DNA of 44,866 nt. Origin: Octopus bimaculoides. Its lineage: Eukaryota. Below are positions 35,198 through 44,866 of this stretch, piece by piece. The first letter of the stretch is position 1. Every line of letters begins with the position of its first letter. The notes below the pieces were generated by a model. The model made no database searches and was not told the origin of the DNA. It saw only the letters and a program-made list of their open reading frames with translations. The stretch lies in NCBI RefSeq assembly GCF_001194135.2, contig NC_068982.1:88572132-88616997 (forward strand), in the 5' to 3' direction. The position numbers and the translations under genes are program-made.

Positions 35198-36889
35198 TCA
35201 TACTCTTAGCACCGATTATTAAAAAAAGTCTTCGATTTATTTACGTTTTACTTATTTGCCTCTTCATAATTATTTCGACTTAGTGAAAAATGCTTTGTAT
35301 GGGCATATATTTCTGCTTATATGATTATATTATCTATGCGTCTCAAGTTCATTTCTTTGTCAATCTCAACATGTCCTGGAGCATCGTAGCCCACATTATT
35401 ACGTACCAAATAACTTATTTATTTACTAAACAGTTATGTATTGATGATTCAGTATATTATGCAGTGAACAGAGCTCCTTAGCTACTCATACAAAAACTAG
35501 TATTCAGTTTCTCTAGGGTTATATTAATTGGTTATTTGATGGCGTCCATAATATATTTGAACTGAACCTCTTAGAAAATCAATTTAGTTTTCTACTTGCT
35601 TGTAGATTTGATTGACCCCTCTGTTCCGAATGCAAAATTATAAATTGTCTTTGGGGGCAAAGGAAGTTGTATTCGTTTTAAGCAGAGAGTTATGTATCGT
35701 TTGTGAATCCAGTTAATCTAAAAGTTGTGTTTTTCTCGAATTTGTTTTAGAATCAAGTATATCAAGTGGTTATGAATTGGAAATAAAGAGGCAAGTAATG
35801 TAAAGTCAAAGCAAGCAATGTTACAATTCCATTTCAAGATATTACGTTCACAAAAACAATATTGTGAACTGGTAAACTGTAAGAATGAGAGTGAATAAAA
35901 GAATATGTGATAGACTACATTACTATAAACATGTTAGTTAAAATAAATGAAGAGTCAAACGCTTAGCACAATGAATAGTAAAAAAGAGCGCTTCGGAAAT
36001 ATACATGTAAAACCTCCTTGAGAGTTTTGTTGTATCTCATGAGGGCCATTACACCAATAATAAGCACACGTACTGGTTCGATATGACTTCTTTATTATAT
36101 CATTTGTCGACTAGTTAACTATGTAACCAATTAACAGATCGATTGTTTGATTTACTTTTGGTTTGAATGTTTCATTAACCATCTGATTAATCAATTAATC
36201 ATTAATAACGGCTAAAGTCCTTTTGTCGTAATTTGAAACTTCATCAATGACATACCATCTCTACTCCAAGCCAGGTCCAAGTCTGTCTACCTTTTAAAAA
36301 GTAGTATATAATTTAATGGATATCACAATTTGTTAATTGTAACATTATGGGGAACAGGCTCATCTGTGATGGCAGAGGCAACATGAATGATGAGAGCAAC
36401 AGCAGCAGCAGAAAAGATACTTATTCGATGTCGAAGCAGAAATGGAAGCGAAAAATGAACAGCTTCTAAAATTGGATGCGAATTCTACAAATTAAAAACA
36501 ATACACTGTAATATATATTTATCGACTTATGCTAGAAAACGACAAGATGTTCTAAACACTAGCGTTAGTCTCACGTTATCACCGTCAATAAAATTTGAAA
36601 CCTTACATATTATCGGTGGATGCGAAATGATATTAAACAATACATTATTATACGCAAGTAGAACCTCTGACAAACTATACGCAAAAGTACATACGCAATA
36701 AATCTTAATAAAAGAGTATGCACACAGGAATATCATATATCATGCACACATATATACTCTCCCACCACAATATAATTATGTATATATTATATTTATTCAA
36801 ACATGTACACATACATACACTCTCAAACACATACGCGCACACACGTATATGCATGTATATATGTACGTGCGTATGTATGTATGCGTGCA

Positions 36890-38800
36890 TGGCTTTCTTT
36901 TAGGTTTATTTAAGTTCTCAAGAGAGTTCACGAGGGTCTCAAACAGGGCGACAAGACGTTCTGAGTTAAGACAATTCCCGGTGTTTTTGAATATGTGATT
37001 GATTTGGTGGGTTGGCTGAGCTGTGACACTAATACATTGGATTTGGAGAAAATGTGTCAATTTTGACTTTTGGAGCTTTCTCTGAAAAACCTAGTATCTC
37101 TAGGTTTTTGTGTAAATATGTTGGTGATGTCTTCAACATAGCAGAGCCGACATTTTCTATCAGAACGTTGGTGTTTGGCAGTATCTTTGTCCCTATTTTT
37201 AATCACGTATTTAGTCGCTATCTCTTGTTCTTGGATAGTGAATTGTAGCCTGTGATAGGAGATGCTACTTTTCCTCTTAATGCTGTTATTCTCTAGCTTA
37301 CGAGATAGGCACCCATGCATCGCTTTTTGCTAGCAGGATGCATGCTTCTCCTCGAAGCTTCTGTTCAAGTAGGCCAGTCAAGTCTCCTTGGTATCACATG
37401 AGATAATTATATACTCAGAGTACCTGCACAGTAATTCTTCTCCAACAGTGAAGATGTTGCTGCTCTAACTTTTGAGTATGCATTAGGTGTACTTACTTCT
37501 TTCTTTACTGTTCAGTAGGCGTAATGTGAGTGGTACAATGTGATATTCAAAAGCTGTTTGGACTGACCAGATTCCTTTGCTGCCATCACTTCGTCTTACA
37601 TAGATCTTAATGGTGTCGCTGTAATGTGGAAGTTGCCTGTAGTGGTCAGTACCGTTCTAGTTTTGATATCCAGGCTACAGATTTCGTGAAATGCCCAGTC
37701 CGATATTCCACGTGTTGATACTAGCTCTGCTACTGCAAAATCATTCTGAGATATGGTCTTGCTAAATGCAGACAATTCTGATTTCCATAGTTTCCAGAGT
37801 GTACAGAAATACTCGTTTTATTGTGGCTTTACTCATAACACCAACGTATGCAATGTTCTCATCGATTCCGAGATACATGTAGATTTTATTAGAAATAGGG
37901 AAGAGAGACAAGCCATTGATGAACATATTGTCTCTCTGGTGGACAATCTTTCCTCGGTTGACTATCATGTACGAGCATTTATCTCCTCCAAACTCCATTT
38001 CTATGTCTCGTGAGAACGTTGCGTTGTGACTATTTCTAATTGTCTCTCGATTTTAATCATGTTATCAGAATAAAACATTAGGTCATCAAGAAATATATGT
38101 GAGTGACATTAATTTTATTCCTTTTTGCATATCATGTTGCATTTGCATTTTTTTAACAGGGCTGACCAGGGGTTCACTGACACTACAAACAACATGACAT
38201 ATAAAGTATGATCCTGGAATATGCCAGTTGACAGTTTAATTCTGTTTGTAACAATAGTTAGGGTTTTATTAGTTGTCAGTGATAGCAGTTGGAACCATAT
38301 TGCAGTCTGCCTTTCAATGGCATTCACTATAGCAGCTGATAATTAGGCAAGGTGTAGTGCTACTATCATCCATAAATGAGGAACAGAATCGACATCTTGT
38401 AGTCTAGCCATAATGTTAAGAGATTACGATATTGTTCTTCTTTAAGGACAACTTTATTGAAAAACCGTTCAGTGCAGCCCCAAAATACTTTCCTACCTCC
38501 TGTCTGTTCATCATTTATCACACCATTTGTCTTACAGTAGTCTTTGAGAAGAATATTTAGACAACCTGTGTAAAGTCTGTACATAATATCCAAACATACT
38601 ATACGTTTGAACCACCTAAGTCCCTTTATTCTTGGAGATAAGAGTAGTTCGTGCAACTATCAGTCAATCTGGTATATCTAGCTCAGCATTCATTGTTTTT
38701 GAAGAAGGATCGTAAGAATTTCCCCTGTAGAACGTAAGCATTTTTTGCTGGTAATCTACTATCAAATCTCTCCTAGGTGATTTTTTTATTCGGTAGATTC
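36890..38800 (-). mobile_element. R4/Dong-like LINE, degenerate (second lineage)
   Basis: PD*LIVARTTLISK, DEQTGGRK..WGCTE, LWLDYK, GIFQD, THIYFLDDLMFY, MEFGGDKCSY, IQEQEIATKY..KCRLC.VEDI. Confidence 0.85.
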
Positions 38801-38838
38801 ATAGGACCCGTCAGGAATGGAATTGTCCTGACGGTTAT

Positions 38839-38889
38839 TGTATGTATGTATGTATGTATGTATGTATGTATGTATGTATGAATGTATGC

Positions 38890-38926
<37 letters not shown>

Positions 38927-38927
38927 T
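38839..38927. repeat. (TATG)n-(TA)n microsatellite
   Basis: Directly visible. Confidence 0.95.
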
Positions 38928-39403
38928 NNNNNNNNNNNNNNNNNNNNNNNNNNNNNNNNNNNNNNNNNNNNNNNNNNNNNNNNNNNNNNNNNNNNNNNNN
39001 NNNNNNNNNNNNNNNNNNNNNNNNNNNNNNNNNNNNNNNNNNNNNNNNNNNNNNNNNNNNNNNNNNNNNNNNNNNNNNNNNNNNNNNNNNNNNNNNNNNN
39101 NNNNNNNNNNNNNNNNNNNNNNNNNNNNNNNNNNNNNNNNNNNNNNNNNNNNNNNNNNNNNNNNNNNNNNNNNNNNNNNNNNNNNNNNNNNNNNNNNNNN
39201 NNNNNNNNNNNNNNNNNNNNNNNNNNNNNNNNNNNNNNNNNNNNNNNNNNNNNNNNNNNNNNNNNNNNNNNNNNNNNNNNNNNNNNNNNNNNNNNNNNNN
39301 NNNNNNNNNNNNNNNNNNNNNNNNNNNNNNNNNNNNNNNNNNNNNNNNNNNNNNNNNNNNNNNNNNNNNNNNNNNNNNNNNNNNNNNNNNNNNNNNNNNN
39401 NNN
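38928..39403. other. Assembly gap (N)
   Basis: Run of N. Confidence 1.
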
Positions 39404-39409
39404 ATATAT

Positions 39410-41178
39410 ATTTATGCCTCCTCTAGTTTCTAATTATTATAAATCTTCCACTGAGCCGGTTTCCAACAAAGATACAAGATTCCATTTTGGGATGTAGTTA
39501 ACACATTCAAATGTATACTTGGAACTTGAGAAGAGTCTTGCATATGTTTGCTGTACCACTCACAGATTGCACTTGTAATGTACGAATTAGCCGGTCGATT
39601 TCTCTTTCTGAAAATATCTGTTGATCCAGAATCTCCTTTAAGCATTTACTAACAAACCCTAGTGCCCCAATTATCGTTGGTATGAATATGAATTCATAGT
39701 CTGAAAATAGAAGCTGAAGCTTTCGAAACAGTTGTCCAGAGATATCCTCCTTTTCTTTAATTTTCAAAGAGATGTTTATATCTGCAGGGCAGCTGACCTC
39801 TATGATGGCACATACGTTTGCCCTTCTGTCCCAGACAACAATATCTGGCCTATTATGTTTACATTTAAGAGATGATTTGATGGAAATATTCCACCAGTAT
39901 TCCTTGAGCTGATGTTTATGAATGCATTCCATTATAGAGGGATTTTCTAAGTTTATTTCAGGACAGTCTTTTTTGCGGATGGCATTATAACTTGTTTTAG
40001 CAATAACATCGTGTTGCGTAGGGAGGTAGCACCGTGACATTTTAGGACAGCTGCTAGTTACATGCGGAATGTCTTCCACAGAAACACGATATAGCCTACG
40101 CATGTGGTTGCCCCTTGAGATTAGAGGAGTGTCACTATCTCTCTTGGTCACCAGGTACTTTGTGGCAAGCTTCTGTCCCTGGATTGCAAATGCATAGCCT
40201 TCAAAGTGTGATGTGATGTAGTGGTCTTTTGTCAAAGAGAGGCAGCGCTTCGTGTCAATTCTACTGTCTTCTAGCTTCTGAGCAACATACCCATGCACAA
40301 TGATGTTTTTGCATGCTGAGTACTTTCCATCCAGGCCTTTTCTGAGGTAAAAAAAAGCCCAGCTGTTTTGAGGCTGTATAGGAGATCATCAGAAAAGAGT
40401 GCTTCTTGAGGAGCTTACTGTCATCTAGTACAATGTTGCCATCTTCACTTTTCCGCACTGCATTTATATATTTATTTCTGCAGCTATTGCTTAGCAGGTG
40501 CTGCCTGAATGATACCATACGGTTATTCGAAAGCCGTCTGCACTGACCTCAGACCTCAGACCTCTACCACTTTCATTTCTTCTAAATTACAGCTTGTCAG
40601 CATCATTGTTTCTGTGGAAGTTCTCAGTTGTTGTCGGGATTTTGCGGGTTTTTATATCTATGGAGTGGATTTCTTCTACAGAGCAATCAAATATCCCAAA
40701 TGTTGGGATCAAAACTGGTATTGCAAATGCATTGTGAGATATTGTTGTATTGTAAGAGTATAGTTCCGACTGCCATATGTTCCTAAGTCTGGTGTAATAT
40801 TCTCGGGTCACTCTATCTTTATTCACAGTGCCCTCATATGATACATTTTCGTCTATGTAACATTCTTTGTGTGGAATGGGAGAGATAAAGAAACCATTAA
40901 TGCAAAGGTTTTGAGTTTGGGTGAGTGACGTCCCTCGTACTATAACCAAATATGAACATTTCTTTTGGCCAAATTCCATGCCTGCATCAACTGAAAATGT
41001 TATTAATTCGAGTTGTTTTTTGGCATTGTTAACACTTTTAGCATACATCTTCAGGTCGTCTACAAAGAAATTATGAGTTACATTGATATTTCTAGCAGTT
41101 GAACACTCTAGCATGTAACCATTTGTTTTCTGCAGTAGGAACGATAATGGATTCAGTGCCAAAATGAAAAGATGCATG
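39410..41178 (-). mobile_element. R4/Dong-like LINE, 5'-truncated (RT end, knuckle, REL endonuclease)
   Basis: ORF 40587-41177 has LFILALNPLS, THNFFVDDLKMY and MEFGQKKC. ORF 39507-40298 has HFEGYAFAIQGQ, EDIPHVTSSCP, KHNRPDIVVWD, IIEVSCPAD and PTIIGALG. Confidence 0.92.
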
Positions 41179-41179
41179 C

Positions 41180-41228
41180 ATGCAAATATGTATGTATGTG
41201 TGTATATGTATGTGTGTGTATATGTATG

Positions 41229-41262
<34 letters not shown>

Positions 41263-41290
41263 CATATATGTGTGTATGTATGTGCATATC
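41180..41290. repeat. (TATG)/(TG)n microsatellite
   Basis: Directly visible. Confidence 0.9.
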
Positions 41291-41294
41291 AGTT

Positions 41295-41345
41295 TCTTTT
41301 ATCTTTTGTCTTTTACTTGGACTGCGGTCATACAGGGTCACCGCC
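41295..41345 (-). mobile_element. SINE family B 3' tail stub
   Basis: TTTTACTTGGACTGCGGTCATACAGGGTCACCGCC resembles the reverse of the tail at 44450-44490. Confidence 0.5.
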
Positions 41346-41832
41346 ATGAATGCATCTTTCTCTGTATTTCCATATAAGTTTCGGAAGTGTTTTGTTTCTG
41401 AAATAGTGTGTTGAATAAGATATTTCCGTATTTTCGAAGAATGATATTTGCTAATAATACGAAGCCAAACCTATCGTTGTTTATTTCCATCTTCATTAAT
41501 TGATCTATTTCCTATAACATTTTCATTGACCTTAGTTCTGTTTAATATTGAAACAGCAAACATTTCATATCTGCTGACTTATCCAATTTTAATTTTGTTA
41601 ACTTTTGTGGTGCGCGTGCATGTGTGTGTGAGCGTGTGTGTGTGAGCGTGTGTGTGTGTATGTATGTGCCCTTCCGTGCGCGCGCGTGAGTATGCGTGTC
41701 TGTGTGAATGTGTGTGCACGTACGTGCCCGCGTGTATGAATGTGTGACATTATCTTGAGAGGATCGATCGAACGTGATTCTATTTGACTGGGGTATTTTA
41801 TTTTCATTTTATTTTTATTACTTAATGAGGTA

Positions 41833-42560
41833 AAGGCAACTAAATGGGATCTATTTTAAAACGGGGGCCACATTTTTCATTAATGTTTTACGTAGTGTTT
41901 TTGGTACGGAAAGACTTTCAAACTTCGTATACTTATCTATTTTGTGTTATAGAACAGAAAAATATTTTTGTATTCGAATTTATTTCATGTAAAAAATTGT
42001 CTTATTTCGATAATTTCAACCAATCACTGACAAGTATTCAGTTGTTTACATTTACTCCTTTGGCTGATTAAGCGATGTAAAGCGTATTTAATCTCCATAC
42101 CTTCGTTTTATTTGCTTTTTTCATTTTAAATTTGCTTTAACCCTAACCCTAACCCTAGGGTTAGGGTTAATTGTTTCAGAATCGTTTGTTTATGTAGTCG
42201 GCACTTAATGTATATCGGCTGATTGTTTGAAATTACAGAAATACGACAACTTTAACATGGAATAACTTATGGATTTCTTTTTTTTTTAAGAAGACTAAGA
42301 GAAAAAAATGTTTTATATGACACATTCTACCAGTGTTCCAAGTTTCAAAGTGTTTCGTTAATGAAAAATGTGGCCCCCGTTTTAAAAAAGATCCACTAAA
42401 TGCCAGAATAGTAAGCCCACCTGACAAAAATGCTTAGCGGCATTTGGTCCAGCTCTATGTTTTGAACTCAAACATAGTCAACTTTGCCGAATTCTTGATT
42501 GTTGAAATCGACTTACAATCTCGTCACAAAATTTCAGGCCTTGTGTACTATAAAAGAAAA
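41833..42560 (+). mobile_element. SINE family A split by the Merlin-like element (pieces 41833-41846 and 42395-42560)
   Basis: Removing 41847-42394 and one TSD gives AAGGCAACTAAATGCCAGAATAGTAAGC..AAAATGCTTAGCGGCATTT, matching the family head AAGGCGGCGAGCTGGCAGAATCGTTAGC..AAATGCTTAGCGG. Confidence 0.7.
41847..42394. mobile_element. Non-autonomous TIR DNA transposon (Merlin-like MITE) with an internal telomeric palindrome
   Basis: 37-bp terminal IR GGATCT(A/T)TTTTAAAACGGGGGCCACATTTTTCATTAA with 1 mismatch, plus longer degenerate arms; perfect 8-bp TSD ACTAAATG (41839-41846, 42395-42402); TAACCC x3-TA-GGGTTA x2 at 42138-42169. Confidence 0.9.
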
Positions 42561-42728
42561 CTTACTTAACCGAGAAGGGCAGCGCTATAACAGATTTTGG
42601 AGACTAGACATCATTGTACAAGGTAGTACACAATGACAAGGTGGTAAGCTTAAACGGATCAATTGTATCACTCGTAGAGGCCACGGCAGAATTTAAACTG
42701 AGAACGGAAAAAGCCAGATTATATCTTG

Positions 42729-42942
42729 GTTTCAAATTTTGACTCAAGGCTAGCAAGTTTAGGCGATGGGACAAGTCGATTACATCGACCCCAGAACTCG
42801 ACTGTTACTTATTTCATCGACCTCCGAGAGTCTGAAATGCAAAGTCGACTTCGGCAAAATTTAAACTCAGAACGTGGAGACAGACGAAATGCCACTAACT
42901 ATTTAGTTCCGCTCGCTAACATTTCTGTTAACTTGCCGGCTT
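42729..42942 (-). mobile_element. SINE family A
   Basis: AAGTCGATTACATCGACCCCAG..TTTCATCGACC..GCAAAGTCGACTTCGGC..AACTCAGAACGT..GCTAACATTTCTG. Confidence 0.85.
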
Positions 42943-43946
42943 AGCCAGATTAAATATTGCAAGGCATAACGTCCGATATTCTAACAATTCAGACGAAGTC
43001 ATGGCTACATTCACAATCATATATTCATCGATTCAGTCTCACTGCGTGACACCTTAAGCACGTAGTAACATTGGGCTGTGTATGCTGTGTGCCTTTGTGA
43101 TTTAGCTTCTTCCCCACCTCTGAACGTTTTCGTAAGCTAACGGTTTAGCAACAGACGCCAATATGATGACCACAAGTGATACTGTACTGGTTGCTTTACT
43201 CGATTAAATCTTTCCACTTGGTGCCACATCATGACAGCATTCCAATAAATGAAATAATTAAAAGAATATAACAGAAGAAAGAAGATTCTACTTGTCTGAA
43301 GAATTACATTAGTTATTGACTCATGAGATTTGAACTCAGTTGGATATAATTTGGGAGAGCTTTGGCTGCTATTTCTAGTATATTGAACAACTATATAGAG
43401 ATTCCCCTCTTAATTATTCATATACTACTTTAATCCTGATGGAGAAAACCCATTATCAAAGTCGTTACAGCCTTGACAATTCAGCACTTGTTCCACAGAC
43501 ACACAGCCTGCATTTTACTAATGTGTACTTTCTTCTTTAAAAAAGCTCTAAGGAAGAAACTGAAGAAGACCTAGCTGTAGTTTCTTTAAGTTCTCTCGTT
43601 GGATCGTATTTACATTGTGATATGGGTTGATGAGTATTAATTTGAGTATTACTTTTTCTTCTTTTAAATTTGATTTATATTTATTACTGCTTGATTGTTT
43701 TGAATATGACCAGGACATATGTTTGCTGTTTGAAAGACATCACAAATGGCGATACGGAATGAAGTATAACTGTCCAACGATCATAACTTGACAAATGGTA
43801 TCTAAGGTATCGGAAATCAATCCTTATGCATTGTCACTCAATGGTTTCTTCTTATGTTTGTTTTACTTCACTTCTATAACGTTTCTTTACTTTTCATTTT
43901 TCGCTTGTTTGTTTAGTTTTATATAACGTCAGTGTAATTTATCTAA

Positions 43947-43973
43947 CACACACACACACACACACACGCACAC

Positions 43974-44033
<60 letters not shown>
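43947..44033. repeat. (AC)n-(AT)n microsatellite
   Basis: Directly visible. Confidence 0.95.
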
Positions 44034-44104
44034 TTCCTTGTCTTCATAATTTTTTTTTTTATAACATTTCTTTCTTAACTTACAATAGTTACTATATGCT
44101 TCGT

Positions 44105-44500
44105 CATGAGTAAGAAGTTCGCTTGCAATTATGCAGTTCCAGCTTCAGTTCCACTGCGTGTCACCTTGGGTAAATGTCTTCTGCTATAGCCTCGGGCCGG
44201 AATTCCAAATACATATAAGTGGATTTGGTAGATAGGAATTGAAAGAAAACCGTCGTATATGTATATATAAACCCGTGTGCGTGTGTCTATATTTGTGCCC
44301 GCGTCTGCCCCACCATTATCGCTTGACAACCGGTTTTGATTTGTTTACGTTCCCATAATCTGGCAGTTCGACCAAAGAGACCGATAGAATAAGTAATAGC
44401 TTTAAACAATAAGTCCTGGGTTCACTTCGTTCGACTAAAATCCTTCGAGGTGATCCAGCATGGCCGCAGTCAAATGACTGAAGCAAATAAAAAGAATAAT
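44105..44500 (+). mobile_element. CORE-type SINE (octopus OR2-like, family B)
   Basis: CCACTGCGTGTCACCTTGGGTAAATGTCTTCTGCTATAGCCTCGGGCCG (CORE-like), GTGGATTTGGTAGA, GAGACCGATAGAATAAGTA, CCAGCATGGCCGCAGTCAAATGACTGAA. Confidence 0.85.
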
Positions 44501-44501
44501 A

Positions 44502-44540
44502 GGCGCAGGAGTGGCTGTGTGGCAAGTAGTATTGCTTACC
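44502..44540 (+). mobile_element. Head of a second family B SINE (tRNA-like A-box), truncated
   Basis: GGCGCAGGAGTGGCTGTGTGGCAAGTAG..TTGCTTACC. Confidence 0.7.
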
Positions 44541-44647
44541 GGGAGGACGTATTTTTTGTCGCTTCTTTTGTCACGTCGCTGAATGCCAGCGTCGTGAATT
44601 TTTGACGTACAACTACAGGTAAGACTTTTGTGTTTTTGGGGATTTAT

Positions 44648-44705
44648 GTTTCTTTATTACCCACTAGGGGCCAAACAAAGAAAGGGACAAAACATCTGAT
44701 TGGGG
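44648..44705 (-). mobile_element. SINE 3' tail stub
   Basis: TTTCTTTATTACCCACTAGGGGCCAAACA..GGGACAAA is the reverse of a tail seen in this SINE family (recalled consensus). Confidence 0.55.
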
Positions 44706-44866
44706 TCAGATAAAACGTATGGGGTTACAAAAATATGAAACAATTAAAAATATAATAAAATCGTAAATCGAATGTTTACAACAAACAACACACAAAACAA
44801 TATAGACAGATGAAGTGGGGGACTAGGTTACGCTCCAACCCCACAAGCCCCATCCCACCACTGACA

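Noticed and set aside
42137-42170. End-to-end telomere fusion scar
   Set aside because: Fusions give (TTAGGG)n-(CCCTAA)n; this is the reverse order, only about five units long, and inside a MITE.

Overview
AT-rich, repeat-dense eukaryotic DNA from a draft assembly, with five N-gaps next to microsatellites. The abundant tRNA-derived SINEs resemble octopus OR1/OR2-type SINEs as I recall them, so the source is probably an octopus; this is recognition, not a database result. No host protein-coding gene, RNA gene or CRISPR array can be supported. Every long ORF is a transposon remnant, a microsatellite artefact or an N-gap artefact. Contents: about 11 R4/Dong-like LINE fragments (two dense clusters at 13.8-20.3 kb and 36.9-41.2 kb), three L1/Tx1-like 3' fragments, one young Penelope-like RT ORF, a full-length IR/DR-type Tc1, a decayed mariner, a Helitron remnant with permuted domain order, about 15 SINE copies and many microsatellites. 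The most striking signal is two related non-autonomous DNA transposons (8773-9945 and 41847-42394). Both have GG(A)TC termini, long TIRs and 8-bp target-site duplications (Merlin-like), and both carry telomeric TTAGGG-type repeats between the arms: a ~400-bp array with a 20-bp higher-order period in one, and a CCCTAA/TTAGGG palindrome in the other. Their boundaries are confirmed independently, because removing each one restores the LINE reading frame or SINE head it interrupted. A 146-bp hairpin within a hairpin-rich unclassified element at 26.9-27.3 kb also deserves follow-up.
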